From the IMG/VR virus record IMGVR_UViG_3300031414_000005: DNA of 64,000 bases; one strand, given 5' to 3'. Origin of the DNA: a virus (taxonomy: Duplodnaviria > Caudoviricetes). Position 1 is the stretch's first letter. Each line of letters opens with the position of its first letter. The notes beneath the pieces were generated by a model. That model was given only the letters and a program-made list of their open reading frames with translations, searched no databases and was not told the DNA's origin. The translations under genes and the position numbers were made by a program. Shown here in pieces: positions 53,841 through 64,000 of this stretch.

Positions 53841-56786
53841 TTATTCGCTGCGGTGACGCAGGAAGTTAACCGTGACGTCTTCCTGAACTGTCAGGTCTTT
53901 GTTCGCTGCAATGATCAGCTTCTTCTTCAGTGCAAAGCGCAGGGTTTCGTCATCCACGGTCGCCACGTCGATGTTTTGTGCATCGCCGAAGCCTTCCACT
54001 TTGATGTCCACCACGTCATCCGTAACAATCTCACGCAATGCGCCAATGATGTCGCTGACCGCCACCCGTTGAGACTTCAGGCAAGCATTGAGCACCGTTG
54101 GGGTGCTGGTGCGCAGCGAGGCTTTCAGGTTGTCGTTAGCGTAACCCACTTTCGTGAGGTAGTAACTCACCGTGAAACTCAGTGCTGCATCCATCCGGTC
54201 AACCAGATCTGCATTGACCGTGACTTCCAGTTCACCCAATGTGCGTTTCGGCTGGTAGTTGATCCAGGTGCGTTCCAGCAACAGCGATTGCAGATAAGCG
54301 ATGTCAGACACCACCCAATTAATCAACTGTTGTTTTACCGCCGCCATGTAATCTTTATCCAGCGAGGCGGTGGCAAAGTAGTAGATGCCGTCCAGGGTCA
54401 CGATATCGAACTGGCGCAGGATATCCCGATCGTCCAGGGGAATCGGTTGTCCGTTGTTGTCCAACATCACAGTGCCTTTGGCGTACTTGATCAACGGGGT
54501 CGTGCCGTCACTGTCGTACTCAACATCCCCTTTGGCGTGCTCAAGGATAGCCTTACCATCGTCACCCAACACCAGCCGGCCATCACCATCCCGTTTGAAG
54601 ACATCCGCGGGGTACGTCACATAGACATCCTGCGGGTGTTTCTTGTACTCCACCACCGAGGCTACTGAACGGGATTTACGCCACAGGCCAGACAGGTTGG
54701 TTTTGTCCGCAGTGGTTCCGTTTAACGACGTGCCAAACTGGATACGGAAACCTTCCTCAATAATTGCCACCATGGGAACCGGCAGGTAATCATTGTTGAT
54801 ACGCTGGTCTGTTTCGCTCGTCACCGCATTCGGTCGCAGGCTCTTGTCGATGCACGTGATAAACCGGAAGTCCTGCTTCAGCAATGCTTTGGTTGCCGCA
54901 GGGGCGTTACCGTACATGCCGAACGAGTCAAAGATGAGGTTGTCGTTGTCATCGATGTCCAGGTTGCTGGTGATGTCGAATTGGTAGATCCGTTCACGGT
55001 TCTCATCCCGTCCGGCCAACACCCCGGTCATGTAGGCATAGTTGAACTCACCTTGTGGGGTGAACAACATCTGCATTGCCACTGCGTCGTCTTCCAGCGC
55101 TTTGTACTCGTCGCTGCTTTTGGTGGTGACCATCACCCGATAGCCAGTTGCGGTTTTGGCAATCCCGTAACTGCCGATGTTAACCGCCAGGCTCACAGAG
55201 TTGTTCTCGTAATAGAACACCCGGTCAGTGATCTCGGGTTCGTTCATGTCATAGATCCGCACGTTCAACTGATCGTCGCTGGTATCGATAACGTAATAGA
55301 ACGGACTGAAGAGATACTGTTGGTTAGCGATGGCATCGCACAGGTCTTCTGCCGACATACCGAACAAGGCTTGACGGGTTGCTTCAGGCACAATGCTGAA
55401 CACACCGTCCAACACCATGTACAACGTTTCAGGGGTGATCGTCACCCGCTCGCCGTTGTTTTTCACCGTGGGCATAGCCGCCAACGATTTCATGGTGGTT
55501 AACATCGATCCGGTAAAAGTCCCGACACTGGAACCAAACCCTTTGTTGTCCTGCACCGGCATATCAGAGGTAGCGCAGTACAGTCGTGCCGTGGGGACAT
55601 CGATGGTCTTCAGGACGTCGAAGCCACGGTCCCGGACTTTCTGACTGATCTGGGCGGGAGTGATTGGAATCTCGGTTTTCCGTGAGTCGTAGATCACCCC
55701 TTGCTTCAGTGACGCAAACGACCGTGCCGCCGTACCCCCGTTGATGAGCGTGGTGGCCGCCCAACCCTGGTTATGGATCAACCGGATAGGTTCGCTGTAA
55801 ATACTCAACGCTTCGCCGGTGTAATCAAAGTCACGGTAGGTGGCAAGGAAGTTATCCCCCTTTAACGAACCGTAGTCTTTGTTGTACACGCCTTTGGTGT
55901 AGTAAATGAAGATTTGCAACTTACCCACACCCAACCCGTTGCTGACGTAGATCTCCGGCATGCTGAGATCAATGCTCCCCGTGTCGAGTGACGCAGACAG
56001 GGTCAGTGTGGCCGGGTCAAAGGTTTGTTTAGAGAACGACACCGTGACTTCATTCCAGCTGGTTGCATTGTTCGGACGGAAGAATGCTCGCACCGCATAA
56101 AACGAATCACTGAAGCTGTAGCTCTCATTGAAGCCTGACGAGGTGGTCACACTCGCCGTGTACTGGGCAATGTCATACTGACGCACCGGCACCTGGATGA
56201 TCAGGATTTCATCGTTGTTGATGTAACGGCTTTCCCACTCCAGGTAATTGGTGGTGAGGTTGGTTAAGGTGTTGGTTACGTTGGCATCATAAACAATCTG
56301 GAAACCCCCGTGTTGCATGATGCGGATTTCAAAGGCGTAATCCACACAGAACGGCACATCCAGGATATTGATGACGGTGTCTTTGGGAATCACCAGTTTT
56401 TTATAACTGTTCCCCAACCCGTCATCTGACTCGGTAAAGGTCACGGCACGGTTACGGACTTCCGCTGCACTGATTGCATAAGCTAACACAGTACTGGCTG
56501 GAGTTGCACCAATACCGACGCGGTCTTCATCCGACATCCAGCGCCCGAGGTCGGCCATGCTGCGGGCGTGCACCGGGTAATACTCGCTGATCAGGTCTTG
56601 GTGTTGTGCCATGATCATTGCCGCATTGACCGCCGAGACTTCCAGGCCGTAAATAAACGGACTGTTGGCATCCACAATCTGGAAACCCACCCCCATGGCT
56701 TGCTGGAGTTTGTCCAATGCAATGTCCTGGATGGCAGCTGGGTTAGTACGCACCGCGTACAGATCACTAACTGTAAGAGAGGTCAT
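53841..56786 (-). CDS. Large virion structural protein, probable baseplate wedge (phiKZ gp87-like)
   Basis: 981 aa from ATG 56786 (AGGTGG RBS); beta-rich; GG...SF..LK..VI resembles the baseplate-J/gp6 motif. Confidence 0.65.
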   Translation of the reverse strand: MTSLTVSDLYAVRTNPAAIQDIALDKLQQAMGVGFQIVDANSPFIYGLEVSAVNAAMIMAQHQDLISEYYPVHARSMADLGRWMSDEDRVGIGATPASTVLAYAISAAEVRNRAVTFTESDDGLGNSYKKLVIPKDTVINILDVPFCVDYAFEIRIMQHGGFQIVYDANVTNTLTNLTTNYLEWESRYINNDEILIIQVPVRQYDIAQYTASVTTSSGFNESYSFSDSFYAVRAFFRPNNATSWNEVTVSFSKQTFDPATLTLSASLDTGSIDLSMPEIYVSNGLGVGKLQIFIYYTKGVYNKDYGSLKGDNFLATYRDFDYTGEALSIYSEPIRLIHNQGWAATTLINGGTAARSFASLKQGVIYDSRKTEIPITPAQISQKVRDRGFDVLKTIDVPTARLYCATSDMPVQDNKGFGSSVGTFTGSMLTTMKSLAAMPTVKNNGERVTITPETLYMVLDGVFSIVPEATRQALFGMSAEDLCDAIANQQYLFSPFYYVIDTSDDQLNVRIYDMNEPEITDRVFYYENNSVSLAVNIGSYGIAKTATGYRVMVTTKSSDEYKALEDDAVAMQMLFTPQGEFNYAYMTGVLAGRDENRERIYQFDITSNLDIDDNDNLIFDSFGMYGNAPAATKALLKQDFRFITCIDKSLRPNAVTSETDQRINNDYLPVPMVAIIEEGFRIQFGTSLNGTTADKTNLSGLWRKSRSVASVVEYKKHPQDVYVTYPADVFKRDGDGRLVLGDDGKAILEHAKGDVEYDSDGTTPLIKYAKGTVMLDNNGQPIPLDDRDILRQFDIVTLDGIYYFATASLDKDYMAAVKQQLINWVVSDIAYLQSLLLERTWINYQPKRTLGELEVTVNADLVDRMDAALSFTVSYYLTKVGYANDNLKASLRTSTPTVLNACLKSQRVAVSDIIGALREIVTDDVVDIKVEGFGDAQNIDVATVDDETLRFALKKKLIIAANKDLTVQEDVTVNFLRHRSE

Positions 56787-56800
56787 AATTCCACCTGTGA

Positions 56801-57811
56801 TTAACGCTCGATGTACCATTCCAGTTCATGGCTGGCTTCATCTATATACGGATAGCCAAAGAAGTTGAACTCCACCAGTTTACCCCGGGGAATTTTCACG
56901 TAGTGTGATTTGCGGACTTTGGGATCCATTAATTTATTGAACATGATAACCGTTCTATTGAAATCGCGCACCAGAACACTTTCATTGTAACGGAAGCCGG
57001 TGAAGTCAAACTGGACGTCGATGGTTTGGTTGTCCGCGTTTAAGCGACTGTTCTCCACCCGCTTATAGTTGAACATGTTGCCAGACGGGAACGAGGTCGG
57101 GTAACCGGCAATGCACGACGAGATCTTGTTCACCTTACGGTACTGATCGTCCAGCACCAAACGGTAAACCCGCGTCTCGTAATCTTTGTAGTCGTCAAGC
57201 ATCGCTGCCATACGGGCCTGAATACCCCGATCCCCCACCGAGACTTCAGCCTGGTAAGTCAGCCAGATATCAAACAGTAAGGACACCGGGTCACCAATGA
57301 TGTTGTCAAAGGTGGCACTCACCGGGTAGTTCCCGTTGATCTCGTAGATATCATCCGGCTTTGACCAGGTTTCCTTACGCATGCCTTCTGGCGAGGTGTA
57401 CGACCGGATAGTGGCATCAGGCATACCCCCCAGGGTTTGGATGGTATTGGTCAGAATTGGGATGAACGCCTGGCGATTATCGAACAGCGCAGATTTGAGT
57501 CCCAGGTCGTTTGTACCCTGCGGATCCAACATCATACGGACAGCAGAAGGAATGCTATTGGGTTGTTTATCCAGCAGGACTTCGAACTTCGGATGCCGCG
57601 TGAGATTATTGTATGTTAAATTGAGAAGCGGCCTGGTAAACAGGACGAGTCCCATATCGTCTCGGTTTGCCGGGAGGAGCGTACCCTTAGTTGCGAACTT
57701 GTTCAAGCCCCAGTAGTTAAGTGAAATGGCCGACCGAAGATCACCGTTACCCTGTCGCGCAACGGCACGATTGATAAGGTCGTCCAATGAAACTGAAGAA
57801 TCGTCAGCCAT
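56801..57811 (-). CDS. Virion structural protein (phiKZ gp88-like; tail-tube/hub-like fold possible)
   Basis: 336 aa; G..LFTRP.LNL, PIL.N and YETR.YRL.LD motifs. Confidence 0.65.
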   Translation of the reverse strand: MADDSSVSLDDLINRAVARQGNGDLRSAISLNYWGLNKFATKGTLLPANRDDMGLVLFTRPLLNLTYNNLTRHPKFEVLLDKQPNSIPSAVRMMLDPQGTNDLGLKSALFDNRQAFIPILTNTIQTLGGMPDATIRSYTSPEGMRKETWSKPDDIYEINGNYPVSATFDNIIGDPVSLLFDIWLTYQAEVSVGDRGIQARMAAMLDDYKDYETRVYRLVLDDQYRKVNKISSCIAGYPTSFPSGNMFNYKRVENSRLNADNQTIDVQFDFTGFRYNESVLVRDFNRTVIMFNKLMDPKVRKSHYVKIPRGKLVEFNFFGYPYIDEASHELEWYIER

Positions 57812-57854
57812 CTTTTACATCCTCAAGAATTACCTGAATAGCCAGGAGTAATAC

Positions 57855-59078
57855 ATGTTAATCACAACAGGTGTCTCTTTGCTTTCGTCTTTGTCCACGC
57901 TCGCAGACGTGTTCAACCGAAACAAAGATAAGATCGACAATGTCGTCGGGGCAGGTCGCGATATCGCCGGCCGCACCTCAAGCGTACTAAATTCGCTGTC
58001 CGCCGGATCAGTGGAAGAAATCACCAAAGCCACACGCATCGAACCGATGGTGTTGATTGATGAAGTCATCGTCAATGACCCCATTGTTACTGATGTGCTG
58101 AAAGTCACCACCAGTCGTGAAGCCGCGTATTTTGCGCAAGCCCTCGCACTGCTGGGGAATGTATCGGGTATGTCCGTAATCGGTACCCTGGACCGTCTGA
58201 ACCCCAACCGGACAGGCTATGGCCTGAATGAGCTGGATGGTGCCCCTGAAGCGTCAGAGACATTCGGCCTGGAAGAGTTGTCAGCGGGTCTGATGACCAA
58301 CCGCGATGTGCGTTACACCGGTTATCTGAAAACCTCCTTCCGTGACGCAGAATACCGCGCCGGTCTGGAAGCGCAGCAGCAAGCAACCAAGAGCCCGGAC
58401 GGCATAGTATTCGGTAAGAACCAGATGACCGACATCTATGACGTGCCAAACCTGGCTGTGGGTAAACACTTCGAAGTGACCGTAACCAACAACGGTGACA
58501 GCCGAGTGATTCCAATGACTGTCCGTCTGCTGCCGGTGCAAACCGACAGTGAGTCGATTGTGCGTATCCTGGCCATGAGCCAGAGTCAGCAGACCATCAA
58601 AGAACGTTGGCACCTGTACAAAGCCGGTGAGCTGTCGTTCTCCCAGTTGTGGGATGCCACCGACCTGATTGAAAACCAGACGCGTACGTTGATCCGTGAC
58701 AAATCAGGCTTCTATAAAGAAGCACTGCGCCGCATGGAAAACAACCGCAAGAAAGGTTTTGTAACGGGCACCCCTTCTCTGAACACCATGGCCAACGTGA
58801 TTGTCATTCCTGACACCACTGCTCGCCGTGTTGAGCAGGAGATCGGTGGCACATTTGCCAACGCAGCAACCCGTAAGAAAATCTTTGATTCCTGTGCGGC
58901 TGCTATGATCGTTGTGATTGACAACGACTACGGCACCGTGACGTTCTACACCCGTGGTGATCGTCAGCCAGCCAACTACAGCTTCAATGCCCTGAAAGGT
59001 AAAGCCGGTAAGTCGAACGACGCTGACCTGATGGAAATCTTTAAAGCTCTGGCGGGCAGCCGTAGCAGCGCGTTTTAA
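57855..59078 (+). CDS. Internal head protein (phiKZ gp89-like)
   Basis: 407 aa; RIEP, GLE sites and NLAVGK...V motifs; divergent from the baseplate genes. Confidence 0.65.
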   Translation: MLITTGVSLLSSLSTLADVFNRNKDKIDNVVGAGRDIAGRTSSVLNSLSAGSVEEITKATRIEPMVLIDEVIVNDPIVTDVLKVTTSREAAYFAQALALLGNVSGMSVIGTLDRLNPNRTGYGLNELDGAPEASETFGLEELSAGLMTNRDVRYTGYLKTSFRDAEYRAGLEAQQQATKSPDGIVFGKNQMTDIYDVPNLAVGKHFEVTVTNNGDSRVIPMTVRLLPVQTDSESIVRILAMSQSQQTIKERWHLYKAGELSFSQLWDATDLIENQTRTLIRDKSGFYKEALRRMENNRKKGFVTGTPSLNTMANVIVIPDTTARRVEQEIGGTFANAATRKKIFDSCAAAMIVVIDNDYGTVTFYTRGDRQPANYSFNALKGKAGKSNDADLMEIFKALAGSRSSAF

Positions 59079-59093
59079 TAAGGAACACTTCCC

Positions 59094-60011
59094 ATGAGCG
59101 GTATTTTAGATTACCTCAAAGGGTATGTCGGCAATGCGATCGAAAAGAACGCCTTGCTGGAAGACCTGGCGGAACTGGCGAAAGAAAACGCCCTGAACGA
59201 AGCCACCTATAACAACATGATTGCGACGGATGTGGACCTGCCCCGTAACAATTACTTTGTGAAGATGGTGGCAGCCCGTGCGAAGTCTTTTGCGCAACGC
59301 AACACTTACATTGGCATCAACTCTGACGACACCCTGGCAATCATTGTCAACGGCGTGGTGAGTGCGGACACCGTGATTCAGTGGTTACGTGATGAAATCG
59401 GCAAGAGCTTTAAGTCGCTGGATGCCGCAGAAGGCATGAGCTACCGTAAAGCGGTGTTACTGCAATATGTGGACGGCCTGCGCTTCTTTGAGCGTTACGC
59501 TTCGTCCCTGGGTCTGATCCTGACCATGATCGCGTCTGATAAAGACAGTGACCGGGTTAAACTGGAAAGCCTGGTGACCCAGGCAGAAGCCCGGTTCCTT
59601 GTGGACACCATGGATTTCTTCTTCCAGTTGCTGGGTCTGGTATCCCGTCCGCTGAGCAAGTTCCAGTCGATTGTGCGCGATGTACCGGATGTGGTCGTCG
59701 ATGACACGAATGACGCGGTGTTCTCAGCATCCGCCGCTGGCTTCACCCGTATTGATCCGTTGCAGATGAACTTTGCCCTGCATAACCTCAACCCGGGTTA
59801 TTACCACAAAATGCGCAAAGCCCGTAAATTGGTCGAGGCGTATGAAGCAGCGAAAGAAGCGGCAGTGGGTGTGGAGCTCCACCTGGAACGTCTGCGCAAC
59901 AAACGTTCAGGTACCGGTGATGCGTCTATCGACAAAGCCATCGATTACCATGAAGATCGCCTGATCACCCTGCGTAAGAAAATCGCAGACGTGGAGGAAC
60001 GGTATGCCTGA
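59094..60011 (+). CDS. Virion head protein (phiKZ gp90-like)
   Basis: 305 aa; C-terminal coiled coil; synteny. Confidence 0.6.
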   Translation: MSGILDYLKGYVGNAIEKNALLEDLAELAKENALNEATYNNMIATDVDLPRNNYFVKMVAARAKSFAQRNTYIGINSDDTLAIIVNGVVSADTVIQWLRDEIGKSFKSLDAAEGMSYRKAVLLQYVDGLRFFERYASSLGLILTMIASDKDSDRVKLESLVTQAEARFLVDTMDFFFQLLGLVSRPLSKFQSIVRDVPDVVVDDTNDAVFSASAAGFTRIDPLQMNFALHNLNPGYYHKMRKARKLVEAYEAAKEAAVGVELHLERLRNKRSGTGDASIDKAIDYHEDRLITLRKKIADVEERYA

Positions 60012-60549
60012 TAAGAAAGTCGCTGTCTTTGGCAGTGGCTTCCTGGGTTTTGTCAGTGAACACGAAGCAAACCGGATCCCGAGTGATCCGGCTGTGTCAC
60101 AGATTGTCCAGAAGCTGCACACCAAACCCGCTGCCCAGATGTTGTGGCCCAACCACCGCACGGTGCTGAAATCGGCCCTGCGTCTGATGTCCCCGATTAG
60201 CAACTGGGTGGAGATCAATGCCCATAACCAGATGCTGAATCGTCAGGCGTTGATGTTCATTCGTGACGTCCTGCTGGCGATGAACGGGAAAGACCGCTCG
60301 ATGTCGCTGTTCACCCGTGCTGAAATGTTCACTCCGGGGTTTAACGACCGCAACTCGTTCTTTGTCTCTGAAGAAGCGCGTGCGGCAATCTTTGAACCCG
60401 ACCTGCTCAAATCTATCCAGTTGACCGACGACGCAGAACTGTTGCGCACCTGGGTAGAGAAAGAAGGCATCGTCAAAGTGGCCGAAACATTATATGTTTT
60501 GTTTGGCCGCAGCGAAGACGTCAAACGTTTAAGTCCAATTATCGAATAG
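60004..60549 (+). CDS. Conserved hypothetical (virion-region) protein
   Basis: 181 aa overlapping the previous stop. Confidence 0.65.
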   Translation: MPDKKVAVFGSGFLGFVSEHEANRIPSDPAVSQIVQKLHTKPAAQMLWPNHRTVLKSALRLMSPISNWVEINAHNQMLNRQALMFIRDVLLAMNGKDRSMSLFTRAEMFTPGFNDRNSFFVSEEARAAIFEPDLLKSIQLTDDAELLRTWVEKEGIVKVAETLYVLFGRSEDVKRLSPIIE

Positions 60550-60567
60550 TCTCACTCGGAGTGAATT

Positions 60568-62028
60568 ATGAGTTATCTAAATATTTGGGGTTCTGGCCTG
60601 GAAGACCTCGAACCGGTTGTTGATGACAACCCGGCTGAAGTCGTTGACCTGCCCGAAGCAGAAACCGACGTGCTGGTTGCAGCAGCAGAAGCGGACGATG
60701 CCGTGGCCGACCTGATCGACGCAGAGATTGTCTCTGACACTGCTGATGAAGCTGCGGCAACCAACTTCAGCGTCCTGTCTGCGAGTAATGACGTGGCAGC
60801 GGCCCTGGAAGAACTGCGTGACGTACCAATGACCCGTGCGGTGGCTCGTCATGCGGTGTACAACGCTGTGCGCCAGGCAACCCGTGGCATGTACGACGTC
60901 TCCGGTAAAATGGGTTCCATGGAATCGTTTGGTGACGAAGCCCCGTCTTCTGTCCTGATCGGTCATGGCCTGGAAGGTCTGGATGGTTTCATTAAGAAAC
61001 TGAAAGAGCGTCTGCAAGTCAATCTGAAGCAGAGCACCCTGAGCCTGTCCGAATTCCTGGAAGCATTCACTGTCTCCACGAAGTCGGTAAGCAAGCGTGC
61101 GCAAGCGGTACTGGATCTGGCGAAGACCGTGAGCCGTGAGCCGTCGACCTCGTCTATCCAACTGGAATTCAAACACGCAGTGAAAATGTCACTGGGTGGT
61201 CGTCTGGCAACCGGTATCCCAGGCGAGATCTCCAAGATCTCTAAACTGTCAAAAGTGGTGTTCCAGGATCACACCAAGCGTGTGAACGAATCGATCGATG
61301 ATGTGTCGGCTTACTTCGGTAAGTTCACCGGCATGGATTTCGATCAGGCCAACAAGCATTACGAAAAGTTGACCTCACTGGCACCGGTGCAGTTCATTGA
61401 GTGCAAAACCAAAGAGCAATCGAAGTCTGGCCCGACGGTCAACGTCAGCCGGTCTTACGAACTGCTGGGCGGTAAGTGCTTTGTGTCCGAAACCTACCTG
61501 CCGAAGTCAACCGGTAATGCGTGCCAGGATGCGTTTGATTACGCGACCGTGGCAGTACCGAACTCGCGCAACAGCATCCAGGATCTGTCTAACCGTGTCA
61601 ACACCAACATGGACCTGTCCATGAAGACGTTGAAGCCGGCCGAGATCATCCGTATCGCGGAAGAAGTCGTTTCGCTGATGAAGGAACTGGAAAACAACAC
61701 CATCAAGAAAACCATCTTTGCGGAACTCATGGAACGCCTGGATGTGAACGACGGTGGTTACGGCGTGAGCCAGGTACTGGTTAAAGGCACCGATGGCGGC
61801 GAAGACACCAAAGTGCCTGACGCGGAGTTTGCTCGCTTCCTCGGCAGCATCGAAGACGCCATGTACGGTTTCATCACCATGTACACCAACGCGTTGACCA
61901 GTCTGCCAAAAGACTACATCTCTTATGCCACCAGTGAAGCGAATGCCGCACTGGCTGTCTGTGAGCGTAGCCTGGCGTGTTACCCAGAACTCGTGGGTAG
62001 CAAGATCGGTGAGAACCAACCGGCTTAA
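60568..62028 (+). CDS. Internal head protein of the expanded phiKZ paralog family (gp93/95/97-like)
   Basis: Acidic propeptide with GLE, ALE, SME and GLE sites; LGG..F motif. Confidence 0.7.
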   Translation: MSYLNIWGSGLEDLEPVVDDNPAEVVDLPEAETDVLVAAAEADDAVADLIDAEIVSDTADEAAATNFSVLSASNDVAAALEELRDVPMTRAVARHAVYNAVRQATRGMYDVSGKMGSMESFGDEAPSSVLIGHGLEGLDGFIKKLKERLQVNLKQSTLSLSEFLEAFTVSTKSVSKRAQAVLDLAKTVSREPSTSSIQLEFKHAVKMSLGGRLATGIPGEISKISKLSKVVFQDHTKRVNESIDDVSAYFGKFTGMDFDQANKHYEKLTSLAPVQFIECKTKEQSKSGPTVNVSRSYELLGGKCFVSETYLPKSTGNACQDAFDYATVAVPNSRNSIQDLSNRVNTNMDLSMKTLKPAEIIRIAEEVVSLMKELENNTIKKTIFAELMERLDVNDGGYGVSQVLVKGTDGGEDTKVPDAEFARFLGSIEDAMYGFITMYTNALTSLPKDYISYATSEANAALAVCERSLACYPELVGSKIGENQPA

Positions 62029-62036
62029 CACCCTCT

Positions 62037-62068
62037 GGGGAGTCCGCTGCGGCGGGCTCTCCTATTTT
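62037..62068 (+). terminator. Intrinsic terminator
   Basis: GGGGAGTCCGC-TGCG-GCGGGCTCTCC followed by TATTTT. Confidence 0.75.
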
Positions 62069-62101
62069 ATGCCCTTCTGCTAACCCTGTTGAGATAACCC
62101 C

Positions 62102-63352
62102 ATGCGGTCAATGAAAATGGACATGGTGGCGCTGGGGCTGGAAACCATAGACTTCGACCAACCGATCGACCTCGCCCAGTTACAACTGAATACGGCGCTG
62201 GCTACCGGCAATGAAGAACTCGGAGACACCCAGCTTCAGCTCCACAGCTTGCAACACCTGGCAAACCAACAAGCCAGTCAAATCCGTGATAACATCGAAG
62301 TGCTGCTTGTCATGGCAAAAGAGAACTACAGCTTTGGTCTGGAAGCACTGGATATCCCGCAAGACACGGTCAGCGGGGTGGAGTCTGCCCGGGCGATGGT
62401 GTTTGAGAAAGTCAAAGCCCTGTTCAAAAGTTTCAGAGCAACCCTGGTTAAGTTACGTGAAGCCCTGCGCAGTTTCTACATCGGCTTTCGTAATGTGTTC
62501 CGCACCCATCAGCGGATCTATGACAACGTGATGCGTAAGTACAACCGTAACACGTTCTGCCGTACCCTGGACCTCCCACACACCGTAGGTTCCATTTTCT
62601 CGCAAGATGACAGTGACTATGTCACGAATCTCGCCAGCCAGTCTATGGAGCGTTTAGAGGCCTATACGGTCACGTTGTTAAAAGCAGCAGACCAAACCCG
62701 TGACGACCTCTACAGTACCTTTGACAGTTTTGCCCGAGCAACCCGTTATGAACAACTCGCCCCGATCTACAAAAAGGTGGGTGAAATCCGCTTGCCGGTG
62801 ATTTCGGGTATGAAGGTGGTGGGTGATTACCGGGGTGGGAAACGGTATAAGGATGCCGCGGGGGTGGGTAACATGTTCGGGCTGGACATCACCCAGTACC
62901 TGAAACAGTTTACCACTGTGAAAGACCCTGAAGCGCAATTGGTCAGTGCGATCTTTGCATTGGAAGACAGCCGTATTGTGGTTGAGCAAGGTAACTGGAA
63001 CAACATCGCTGAACTCAACAATGCTAACTGTGCTGCCTGGTTGGGTGTTGCCACCAAACTCATGGCCTGGCATGACCGCTTCAATCCTGTCTATGAAGAG
63101 ATGGTTAAACAGGGCGTAGATGAGGAAGGGTTTGATTACTACATCAGTTACACCGACCAGACGTTGGAACGTATCTGGAACTCCCCGGTGAACATGTCTA
63201 ATCAGCAACTCACCCTCATTATGGATTACGTGAAGCAGTCCTCCTGGTACCTGGACAATGTCTACAGCAATGTCCTGTCACGCTGCGGTTGGGCCGCACA
63301 ACGCTTCCTGGGTCATCTCCTGACTTCCCTGGATAAAGGCCTGAAAGGTTGA
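62102..63352 (+). CDS. Internal head protein paralog
   Basis: 416 aa; GLE sites twice, then a ...FEKVKALFK helix. Confidence 0.7.
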   Translation: MRSMKMDMVALGLETIDFDQPIDLAQLQLNTALATGNEELGDTQLQLHSLQHLANQQASQIRDNIEVLLVMAKENYSFGLEALDIPQDTVSGVESARAMVFEKVKALFKSFRATLVKLREALRSFYIGFRNVFRTHQRIYDNVMRKYNRNTFCRTLDLPHTVGSIFSQDDSDYVTNLASQSMERLEAYTVTLLKAADQTRDDLYSTFDSFARATRYEQLAPIYKKVGEIRLPVISGMKVVGDYRGGKRYKDAAGVGNMFGLDITQYLKQFTTVKDPEAQLVSAIFALEDSRIVVEQGNWNNIAELNNANCAAWLGVATKLMAWHDRFNPVYEEMVKQGVDEEGFDYYISYTDQTLERIWNSPVNMSNQQLTLIMDYVKQSSWYLDNVYSNVLSRCGWAAQRFLGHLLTSLDKGLKG

Positions 63353-63370
63353 TCCTGTATTCTATGTCCG

Positions 63371-63398
63371 AGCGGTGGGGGCAACCTCGCCGCTTTTT
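63371..63398 (+). terminator. Intrinsic terminator
   Basis: AGCGGTGGGG-GCAA-CCTCGCCGCT followed by T run. Confidence 0.75.
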
Positions 63399-63423
63399 CT
63401 GCTTTCTTGTGTAGGTATAAACC

Positions 63424-64000
63424 ATGAGTCAACAAGAACCTGAAGTCGCACCCGGACATGGCCTTGAGGGGATCATGTTTGAAATCCCTGTCGAGCTGCC
63501 CGATCCCACGGTGCTGACCGACGAGGAGAAAGCAGCGCTGTCCATCGCTTTACAGAAATCAGCAGAAACCATGGGGGTGCGTCAAACCTCTGATATCCTG
63601 CTGATGGCCAGCCACACCCCGAATGAAGCTATCCGTGAACTCAAACGGTTGGCCCAGGATAAAGTGTACGATGCCAAAGCGTTAACCCGCTATGAAGCCG
63701 GTGTGGAAGCCTTGGGGGAGATCTCCGAGCAACAACGCGCATTGGACTACCTGAGCGAAGTGGAATTCAAAGTGGTCCGGTTACGGGACAGCGTTGATCT
63801 GAATGCTCCGCCTACCGACGATGTATTAAAGGTGGTGCGGTTGGTTGTCCCTGACGGGGATGTGGAGTGTTATGCCACGTCACTTGAAGCCTTAGAGGGC
63901 GTCACGAACACCATCAAAGTGCTGGCTAAAACCTCGATTGAGAACATCGCCAAGTACAGCAGCAATTTGTACGACACTCTGCTGGATGCGTTGGGGGCAA
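63424..64000 (+). CDS. Internal head protein paralog, 3'-truncated (not in the ORF track)
   Basis: ATG 63424, open to the window end: MSQQEPEVAPGHGLEGIMFEIP...TSLEALEGV. Confidence 0.75.
   Translation, partial: MSQQEPEVAPGHGLEGIMFEIPVELPDPTVLTDEEKAALSIALQKSAETMGVRQTSDILLMASHTPNEAIRELKRLAQDKVYDAKALTRYEAGVEALGEISEQQRALDYLSEVEFKVVRLRDSVDLNAPPTDDVLKVVRLVVPDGDVECYATSLEALEGVTNTIKVLAKTSIENIAKYSSNLYDTLLDALGA

Noticed and set aside
10137-63369. Exact 11-mer ATTCTATGTCC at 10137 and 63359 as a late (TATG) promoter
   Set aside because: Hundreds of 11-mer pairs are expected by chance in 64 kb, and the second copy is followed immediately by a terminator hairpin.
1-64000. Many long antisense or alternate-frame ORFs in the track (e.g. 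14004-14990, 25181-26236, 27438-28337, 43499-44293, 53775-54668)
   Set aside because: They are shadows of well-supported genes on the other strand or frame; they lack an RBS and give no protein-like motifs.
1-64000. tRNA, rRNA or CRISPR array
   Set aside because: I saw no cloverleaf/T-loop signature in the intergenic gaps and no regularly spaced direct repeats. This was by eye; tRNAscan was not run.

Overview
64 kb of a phiKZ-like, nucleus-forming jumbo phage genome (Chimalliviridae). It is densely coding and has no visible tRNA, rRNA or CRISPR array. Order: C-terminal part of the PhuZ tubulin; a run of about 10 small, probably paralogous genes; the catalytic half of a split family-B DNA polymerase; a cluster of Tad2 (DUF2829)-like and Acb2/Tad1-like anti-defence sponge genes; the nuclear-shell protein chimallin (ChmA); then the nucleus/non-virion RNA polymerase block (beta'-N, SbcD, ChmC-like, sigma-like subunit, PicA-like, beta-C, beta'-C, SF2 helicase). 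An accessory region follows (33-40.5 kb), then a virion RNAP beta' piece, the exonuclease half of the DNA polymerase, and baseplate and internal-head genes. Family names come from remembered motifs and phiKZ synteny; no database search was run. Best leads: (1) a tandem array of about 6 Tad2-like domains with a Tad2-Tad2-Acb2/Tad1 fusion; (2) an unannotated 57-aa acidic protein ending in an NrdA-like CxxxxC tail; (3) a candidate -1 programmed frameshift at 44902; (4) a nucleoporin-like GW-repeat tail on the gene next to PicA.
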